From: Candidatus Latescibacterota bacterium
GTDB lineage: Bacteria > Latescibacterota > UBA2968 > GCA-2709665
Length of the DNA: 64,000 nucleotides
Direction: 5' to 3'
NCBI GenBank assembly: GCA_965219455.1
Contig: OZ244744.1
Coordinates: forward strand, 5,184,001 to 5,248,000
Of this stretch, positions 57,725-64,000 are shown piece by piece; the stretch's first letter is position 1, and the number at the start of each line of letters is the position of its first letter. The notes beneath the pieces were generated by a model. The model had not been told where the DNA came from. It ran no database searches and worked only from the letters and a program-made list of their open reading frames with translations. Made by a program: the position numbers and the translations under genes.

Positions 57725-58711
57725 TTAAATTTCCCACATCCGCTTGTATTTTTTTCTTGGTTCCAACGTGATGGATTGGTCGTAAACCTGCTGGAGCAGA
57801 CCCAGAGCTTCCAGAGCATGTTCGGCGCTGCAGCCCGGCTGGATGTCCTTACGTATCGCATCGATGAATTCGGCATTCTGAAGCAGGACGTCGTCGGCAA
57901 GGGTGTCGTCGCTCTCAAACAGGGCCTTCCCGTTAAGTGCGACATGGTTGCCCGAGACGATAAGTGTACCCGCATCGCATATGTAGATATTGTCGTTGAT
58001 GCCGTTTCGGGCATTGTAAGAAAGACTGAGTGCCGCGATGGTCTCCGAGGTATACCGAAGCAGCATGCTCACGTCGAGCGAGGTGCCTGTTCCGGCGTGA
58101 AGCGGGCTGAGTTCACCGCGAATGCGGCGGACGGGTTCGTCGATGGTCCAGAGGGAAAAATCCAGAACGTGGCAACCGTGGTGGAAGAGTACATCGTCCG
58201 TCCAACTCCGCCTGTAACCTGTCCAACCGACGTTGTCGTGGCGTAACTGAAACTCATGCATGTGGTGTTGGTGTACTTGACCCGCATTACCGTTCGCGAT
58301 AAAATCCTTCACAAACCGGCCCACGCGGTTGAAACGGCGGGTATGAGCGACCATTAGTTTAAGGCCTGTTTTTTTTGCCATGCCGGCGATCTCAGCGGCG
58401 CCTTTGTGGGAAAGCGCCACGGGGATTTCTACCAGAACGTGTTTTCCGGCATCCAGGGCCATCAGGGACTGTTCGTAGTGCATCTCGCTGGGAGAAGCGA
58501 CAATGACCGCGTCGATTGTACGGTCGGTCAGGACGTCTTCGTAGCGTGTGGTGGCCTTCTCAAAGCCCCACGCTTCCCGGAACGATTCAGCGGGTTTCGC
58601 TCTGCGCCCAACGACGGTACAAAGACGAACCCCCGGAATGCGCTTGAGTGCCCGGGTGTGGAAGAGCCCAATGCCGCCGTACCCCACGATGCCGCAGGTA
58701 ATGGTGTGCAT
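57725..58711 (-). CDS. Gfo/Idh/MocA family oxidoreductase
   Basis: GIVGYGGIG, GKHVLVEIP, HTRRF, HHGCHVLD. Confidence 0.9.
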   Translation of the reverse strand: MHTITCGIVGYGGIGLFHTRALKRIPGVRLCTVVGRRAKPAESFREAWGFEKATTRYEDVLTDRTIDAVIVASPSEMHYEQSLMALDAGKHVLVEIPVALSHKGAAEIAGMAKKTGLKLMVAHTRRFNRVGRFVKDFIANGNAGQVHQHHMHEFQLRHDNVGWTGYRRSWTDDVLFHHGCHVLDFSLWTIDEPVRRIRGELSPLHAGTGTSLDVSMLLRYTSETIAALSLSYNARNGINDNIYICDAGTLIVSGNHVALNGKALFESDDTLADDVLLQNAEFIDAIRKDIQPGCSAEHALEALGLLQQVYDQSITLEPRKKYKRMWEI

Positions 58712-58906
58712 GGATACTCCCTGTAGAGTTCAGTCCGGTGATTTTGGGAATTTGCGCAAGACGACACAGCGGGAATAGGGAGTTGCCCCGATCCTGTGGT
58801 GTTGTCGTTGTGCGAAAAAAGGATGCCTTTTCGAGAACTGCAACGCAACTCGCCTGCAACGCTTCTTCTCCTAAGCGCAGAATTCAAATGACTTATTTCT
58901 ATAAAT

Positions 58907-60439
58907 TTATATCGTATCCTGAATGTCTCTTACGTTGTGGTGCAAGGATTGAAGCGCAGGAAAAATTTCCCGGTAGACGGACTGAAAGCTGGTTTCGTAG
59001 ATCTCGACCTGTTCGACGTTCGGTTCTATCGTCCGACTGTCGTAGCTGAGTTCATTCCGAACCGAATCAATGTCTGTGTATACGCCAGCGCCGAGGCCGC
59101 CCAGTACCGCGGCACCCAGGGCGACGGACTCTTCTACTTCGGCAATCGAGATCCGCTGATTGAGCACCGAACTCTTGATTTGCATGAGAAGCCGGTTGCG
59201 TGTGTTGCCGCCAATGGCGACAATGCGTTTCGGCAGGTGGATTTCGGGATGTGATGTGATCGCGTCGAGGCAAAGTCTGCACTCGAAAGCCAGGCCCTCG
59301 AGCACGGCGCGAAAGAGGGTCCCACGCGTGACGTCGGCGGTCAGGCCGACGAAAGCCGCCCTCGAATCGGGATCGTTGTGCGGTGGATTGCCGAGGCGCA
59401 GATGTGGTTGAAAGTGGACCCCCAGGCTTCCCGCGGGGACTGCTTCGGCCTCATCGATGAGGGTGTCGTAGGACACGTCATTTCCAAGAAGATTCCGCAG
59501 CCACTCAACCGACGCCCCCGATGTGTAAATGCCGCCGAGGACGTAAAAGCGATCGGGCGCTACGTGAGCACCAGAGGTATATCCTTGTTCAGCGATTTCA
59601 GCGCTGAGCCATGGGTGCCCACCAGCAATGCAGAGCGCCTCGGCGGTTCCAAGAGAATTCAGAAGGGTGTCCGGTTCGATGGCCCCCACGGCCAGGGCGC
59701 CGCACACGTGGTCGTGCCCGCCGGTTGTTACCTGTGCGTCGATCGGAAGGCCGCTCGTACGTGCAACATCGGGCAACAGGCGGCCCAGCGGCGTTCCGGA
59801 CGGCATTACAGGTGCAAACAAGGCAGGTGAAATACCTGCCTCTTCCAGCAGGTCGGCATGCCAATTCAGTTGGTGAAGGTCGAAAGCCAGCGTTCGGGAA
59901 GCGAGCGAGTAGTCCGTGGCCTTTTCGCCACAGAGTCGAAACGTGATATAGTCGGCGACGTTTAACCAGGAGAACGTTTTTGAGAACGCCTCCGGGAGGT
60001 TTTCTTTCAGCCAGAGTACTTTGCAGAGACCGAAAATGGGCCGTAGCGGCAATCCTGTGAGTGCATAGATTCGATCTCGGCCGATGGTCTGGTCCAGCCA
60101 CGTGGCCTGTGGCGTGGTTCGTCGGTCGAACCAGGCGATTATATTGGCCGTGGGCCGATCGCCGGCGTCGAGGGGAACCCCTGCCTCGGCCATGCTTGAA
60201 ACGGCGATACTCGAGATCGGGCCGGTTCCGTTCAGTTGTGCCACCACATTGCACAGTAGCGTCAACGTGCAGGTCCATAATTCTTCCGGTTTGTGGTACG
60301 CCCAGCCGGGTCGCGGGTAATGTGTGGGCGTTGGCGCACTGGCGGACGCCTTCACGCGACCGGCAGTATCGAAAACAAGCGCCTTGATGTTCGTCGTGCC
60401 GACGTCGATGCCGGCCAATAGAGGACCAGGTGACATCAT
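58907..60439 (-). CDS. FGGY family carbohydrate kinase
   Basis: GIDVGTTNIK, WFDRR, TDYSLASRT, GGHDH, SLGTAE, RAVLEGLAF, ALGAA. Confidence 0.92.
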   Translation of the reverse strand: MMSPGPLLAGIDVGTTNIKALVFDTAGRVKASASAPTPTHYPRPGWAYHKPEELWTCTLTLLCNVVAQLNGTGPISSIAVSSMAEAGVPLDAGDRPTANIIAWFDRRTTPQATWLDQTIGRDRIYALTGLPLRPIFGLCKVLWLKENLPEAFSKTFSWLNVADYITFRLCGEKATDYSLASRTLAFDLHQLNWHADLLEEAGISPALFAPVMPSGTPLGRLLPDVARTSGLPIDAQVTTGGHDHVCGALAVGAIEPDTLLNSLGTAEALCIAGGHPWLSAEIAEQGYTSGAHVAPDRFYVLGGIYTSGASVEWLRNLLGNDVSYDTLIDEAEAVPAGSLGVHFQPHLRLGNPPHNDPDSRAAFVGLTADVTRGTLFRAVLEGLAFECRLCLDAITSHPEIHLPKRIVAIGGNTRNRLLMQIKSSVLNQRISIAEVEESVALGAAVLGGLGAGVYTDIDSVRNELSYDSRTIEPNVEQVEIYETSFQSVYREIFPALQSLHHNVRDIQDTI

Positions 60440-60697
60440 TATAGGTAAGACAGTGTGCGGTGGAAGTGTCGGTCCGAGGTCGGTACAGATTCCGCGCAGC
60501 GTGTTGGCGGGATGGTCGAGGTAAGGAAATACCCTTTGACAGATGGCGCAATGGTACCTACTAATACACGAAAGTCAAGCCGAATCGGGAACACCTGCAG
60601 GCCGGAACGCCGATGAGGGTTTGTCGTCCGCCGGTTCGGCGGCGGGTCCCGCGTCACGGGATGCCGGTGCTGGAGTTCAACTGGATCGAGGTTAGAA

Positions 60698-61777
60698 ATG
60701 CCTGATTTGCCGAGGATGTATTCGGTCTGGGTGGATGCGGAGAACACGAGGGTGTACGGGATCGATGATGATGATTGCGGCGCACTCTGGTTTACGGGCA
60801 GTCTGCCGGCGCTCCACCGGTACTTGCCGGAAAAAGGGTTGATCGAAACGTTTCCGATACCTGAAAAACATGGGGGAAGCCAGTGTCTGTGCGCCGGCGG
60901 GAAGGTGTATGTGCTGCCGCAGACGAACGAGAAACTGACGGTTCTCGACGTCGCGGAGGAACGAGTGTGCCAGGTCGATAAGCCGTTTCCGAAGGCGAAT
61001 CTCTGGTACGGTCACGCGGATAGGGCACGTAACGTGCTCTATATGCCGGAGCGGTCGAGGCCATGTCTGGTTGTATGGGACGTTGAGTCGGACCGCGGGG
61101 AGGTTATTACATATCCGGAACCCGGGTTGTTGCCTCCGATCATGGAGGTGGATTGGCCCGAGCGGCTGGAGGTTTTCGGGGTTCCCGGTTCCGACGGCTT
61201 GCAGCGCCGCGTGTACTACGATCCTGAAGGGCGCCGTTTTCTGGCGGAAGACGCGCAGCGTATTCCACCGTCACGACCCGGCCAGCGGGCGGAGCGATAT
61301 ATCGTGAATTACATGGAGGGTCGTCTGTCCCGGCTGGACCGGCAGACAGGAGATACCTATGAGCGGGCCGTGCCGGGATGGAAGGAGGATTTCGGGTTCA
61401 TAGGAGGTGGCGTTTTCTACCAGGGGTGGCAGTTGAACAATTTGAGTACGTACGACTCGGGATTCCGGTACGACGAGGAGACCGGGGCGTATATTCAGCA
61501 GAAAGACGATCCGTACACCGGCGTGGACGGATTTCCTTACCACTTTATGGACCGGTTTATCGCCTATCACCCGGAAACCGATACCTTTGATCAGCTGATT
61601 CCCGAGGTTTCTCAGCAACGATATCCCCAGTTGTGTTATAACAAATTGGCGGACGGACACCTGTACATTACGGCAAACAACATCTGGTCGGACGAGAAAC
61701 AGCGTCCGCTCGGAGCAATCGAAAACCCCGTGGGTCAGTTGATGGTTTTGCAGACACGCCGTATCGAAAGTGGTTGA
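60698..61777 (+). CDS. hypothetical protein, probable beta-propeller
   Basis: 359-aa ORF with repeated blade-like motifs (GALWF, GKVYV, NVLYM, GHLYI); no signal peptide. Confidence 0.6.
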   Translation: MPDLPRMYSVWVDAENTRVYGIDDDDCGALWFTGSLPALHRYLPEKGLIETFPIPEKHGGSQCLCAGGKVYVLPQTNEKLTVLDVAEERVCQVDKPFPKANLWYGHADRARNVLYMPERSRPCLVVWDVESDRGEVITYPEPGLLPPIMEVDWPERLEVFGVPGSDGLQRRVYYDPEGRRFLAEDAQRIPPSRPGQRAERYIVNYMEGRLSRLDRQTGDTYERAVPGWKEDFGFIGGGVFYQGWQLNNLSTYDSGFRYDEETGAYIQQKDDPYTGVDGFPYHFMDRFIAYHPETDTFDQLIPEVSQQRYPQLCYNKLADGHLYITANNIWSDEKQRPLGAIENPVGQLMVLQTRRIESG

Positions 61778-61882
61778 CCGGAGAAAACCGTCGACGCACT
61801 CCGGACCGGTCTTCTGACGTCCCCAATGGATGCGGGAACTCCAGTCAGCGGCCTGCACAGAAGGAAACAAAAGGAGGTTCAG

Positions 61883-62785
61883 ATGGAGAAAATCGGGTTT
61901 ATCGGGCTGGGCATCATGGGCAAACCGATGGCGATCAATCTCATCAGGGCCGGGTACGATCTGACGATCTACGCGCGCCGGCCTGAGGTCATTGGAGAAA
62001 TGGAGGGGTTGGGCGCCAAAGCGGTGGAATCTCCCGCCGCCGTCGCGGAAGGCACGGACATCGTGATTACGATCGTGACGGCGGATCCGGAAGTGCGGGA
62101 AGTGATCCTCGGTGAAAACGGCGTATTGGAAGGCGCATCCGAGGGCAACCTGATCGTGGACATGAGTACCATCTCGCCTCTCACGATCCTGGAGGTTGCG
62201 GAGAAGGCGGCCGCAAAGGGTGTCGCGGTGATGGATGCGCCCGTGAGCGGTGGAGATGCGGGGGCGATAAACGGAACACTGACGATCATCGCCGGTGGAA
62301 AAGCAGGGGATTTCGAGCGCTGCAGAGGGTTGTTTAACGCGATGGGCAAGGAGGAAAACATCTTCCACGTCGGATCCGCAGGCGTGGGGCAGACCGTGAA
62401 GATCGTCAATCAGCTGATCGGCGGCATCAATATGGCAGCCATCGCAGAGGGTTTGATCCTCGGTATCCGGGCGGGCGCGGACCCCGAAGTGATGCGCCAG
62501 GTGATCAGTGTGAGTTCGGCAAATTCCACATTGTTTCAGATCCGTGTATCGGACTTCCTGCTGGCGAATTCGTTTGCGCCTGGATTTATGCTGGATCTGA
62601 TGAAGAAGGATCTGGCAATCGGGGTGGATCTTGGCAAGGCATTGAATGTCCCAATGCCCATCGGCGCGGCAACCTACCAGATGTACGCGGCCGCAAGCAG
62701 TCTCGGCGCTGGCAACCTGGATTTCTCCGCCGTATGCAGGGCGGCTGAACATCTGAGCGGGACAGAGATTCGTTCGGGTGGCTGA
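61883..62785 (+). CDS. beta-hydroxyacid dehydrogenase (2-hydroxy-3-oxopropionate reductase-like)
   Basis: IGFIGLGIMGKPMA, DMSTISP, DAPVSGG, GQTVKIVNQ, KDL; AGGAGG RBS. Confidence 0.92.
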   Translation: MEKIGFIGLGIMGKPMAINLIRAGYDLTIYARRPEVIGEMEGLGAKAVESPAAVAEGTDIVITIVTADPEVREVILGENGVLEGASEGNLIVDMSTISPLTILEVAEKAAAKGVAVMDAPVSGGDAGAINGTLTIIAGGKAGDFERCRGLFNAMGKEENIFHVGSAGVGQTVKIVNQLIGGINMAAIAEGLILGIRAGADPEVMRQVISVSSANSTLFQIRVSDFLLANSFAPGFMLDLMKKDLAIGVDLGKALNVPMPIGAATYQMYAAASSLGAGNLDFSAVCRAAEHLSGTEIRSGG

Positions 62786-62791
62786 GACCCG

Positions 62792-64000
62792 TTATCGGGT
62801 GCTGTATTTCCGTGCGAATATTTCTCTCAACACAGCTTTCTGCACTTTCCCCGTGGCGGTTGTTACCGGGAGTTCACTGACAATTTCCACCCACCTGGGT
62901 TTCTTGAATCCAGCCAGCCGGGCGCGCACGTAATTGGAGACCTCATCGGGCGTGAGAACTGCACCATCAATCGCCACAACCGCCGCCAATACGGATTCGC
63001 CCCATTCCCTGTCCGGGATGCCCACCACCGCAGCGTCACGGATCTTCGGGTTCTCCTTTAACAGGCGTTCGATTTCCAGTGGATAGATATTCTCTCCGCC
63101 ACTGATAATCATATCCTTTGCCCTGCCCGACAGGTAGAGATAGCCATCGTTGTCAATTCTACCCAGATCTCCGGTGTACAACCAACCACCCTTCAGTGCC
63201 TCGTGTGTTTTCTCGGGCCTGTCCCAGTATCCTAGCATCGTAGACGCCGTCTTCGCGACAACCTCGCCTACCTCCCCGGGAGTTAAGGGTTTGCCACACG
63301 AATCCACGACGCCGATTTCTACCGACGGCATGGGTCGGCCCACCGAGCCTAGTTTGCCCAGGTCGTTTTCCGTGAGACGGCAGACCGTAAGGATGCAGCC
63401 GGCCTCAGTGAGCCCGTAAGTGACGTAAACGTCGGCTTCGAATGTGGCCAGGATGTCCTTGAGTAGCGCCGTCGGGAAGGTATCCGACGAACCCAGACAG
63501 CGCTGGATCGAAGTGACTTCGTAGTTTCTCCGGTGTTGACGCGCAAGAATCCAACGCCAGACCGTCGGTACACAGAAAATGTTGGTTGCCTTGTGCAACG
63601 CAGCGGCCGAAAGAATGGCGTCCGGGTCCGCGCCGTCCAGAATCACGAGGGTGGCACCCACCAGGAAGTGTGGAAGCACCAGACAGTCTGGGCCGCCGGT
63701 GTGGAAGAGCGGGTAGACGACCAGGCCGACGTCATCGCTGTGCCCTCCCGTTGAGAGGGCAAGGGAGAGGGCCTGAAGGTAATGGCTTTTATGCGAGAAA
63801 ACCGCGCCTTTGGGAGACCCTGTCGTACCGCTGGTGTACAGGATGATATGAGGGTCGTCCTCGTCGAGTTCGACACCCGGTTCGTCTGCTGGAGATCTGG
63901 CCGCAACATCCTCCAGGCGTCTGCCGCCGGTATCGCCGATGGTAAGCGTCCACTCCAATTTGGATAGGTCGCCGACGCCGGCAACGACGTCTACGAAGCG
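62792..64000 (-). CDS. AMP-dependent acyl-CoA synthetase, 3' part (start outside the window)
   Basis: YTSGTTGSPKG, YGLTEAG, TGDLG, RAKDMIISGGENIYP, TGKVQK. Confidence 0.93.
   Translation of the reverse strand, partial: RFVDVVAGVGDLSKLEWTLTIGDTGGRRLEDVAARSPADEPGVELDEDDPHIILYTSGTTGSPKGAVFSHKSHYLQALSLALSTGGHSDDVGLVVYPLFHTGGPDCLVLPHFLVGATLVILDGADPDAILSAAALHKATNIFCVPTVWRWILARQHRRNYEVTSIQRCLGSSDTFPTALLKDILATFEADVYVTYGLTEAGCILTVCRLTENDLGKLGSVGRPMPSVEIGVVDSCGKPLTPGEVGEVVAKTASTMLGYWDRPEKTHEALKGGWLYTGDLGRIDNDGYLYLSGRAKDMIISGGENIYPLEIERLLKENPKIRDAAVVGIPDREWGESVLAAVVAIDGAVLTPDEVSNYVRARLAGFKKPRWVEIVSELPVTTATGKVQKAVLREIFARKYSTR

Noticed and set aside
61271-62752. 493-aa minus-strand ORF
   Set aside because: Antisense to two better-supported plus-strand genes.
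1-64000. CRISPR arrays, tRNA, rRNA, tmRNA, SRP RNA, IS elements
   Set aside because: No repeat-spacer periodicity, RNA consensus motifs or transposase ORFs were seen by manual reading; a covariance-model scan would be needed to exclude divergent ncRNAs.

Overview
GC-rich (~60%) bacterial chromosomal window, densely coding, with no rRNA, tRNA, CRISPR array or intact mobile element seen. A PorX-like response regulator next to tsaE suggests an FCB-group lineage such as Latescibacterota/Gemmatimonadota (inference). Housekeeping and repair genes: ispG (partial), mutS2, cvpA, rpsU, tsaE, rqcH, an atypical ClpX-like ATPase, murQ, queC, an OGG-type glycosylase, an AlkD-like protein and a double-length uvrA. 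Also present: a small polysaccharide cluster (GT2, flippase, GT4, gmd, a CysE-like acyltransferase), catabolic genes (phnA, two Gfo/Idh/MocA oxidoreductases, an FGGY kinase) and transporters. The strongest candidate for an undescribed system is a module found at two loci: three paralogous ABC exporters, each with an extra N-terminal soluble domain ending in a CxxC-x9/10-CxxC zinc ribbon, paired with DUF1854-like genes. Other leads are the double UvrA / beta-helix / CBM9-like gene run, a divergent rqcH / variant clpX pair near mutS2, a kinase-PorX-tsaE-beta-barrel operon, and a recurring TATATT -10 promoter element. All family calls come from reading motifs by eye; no database searches were run.
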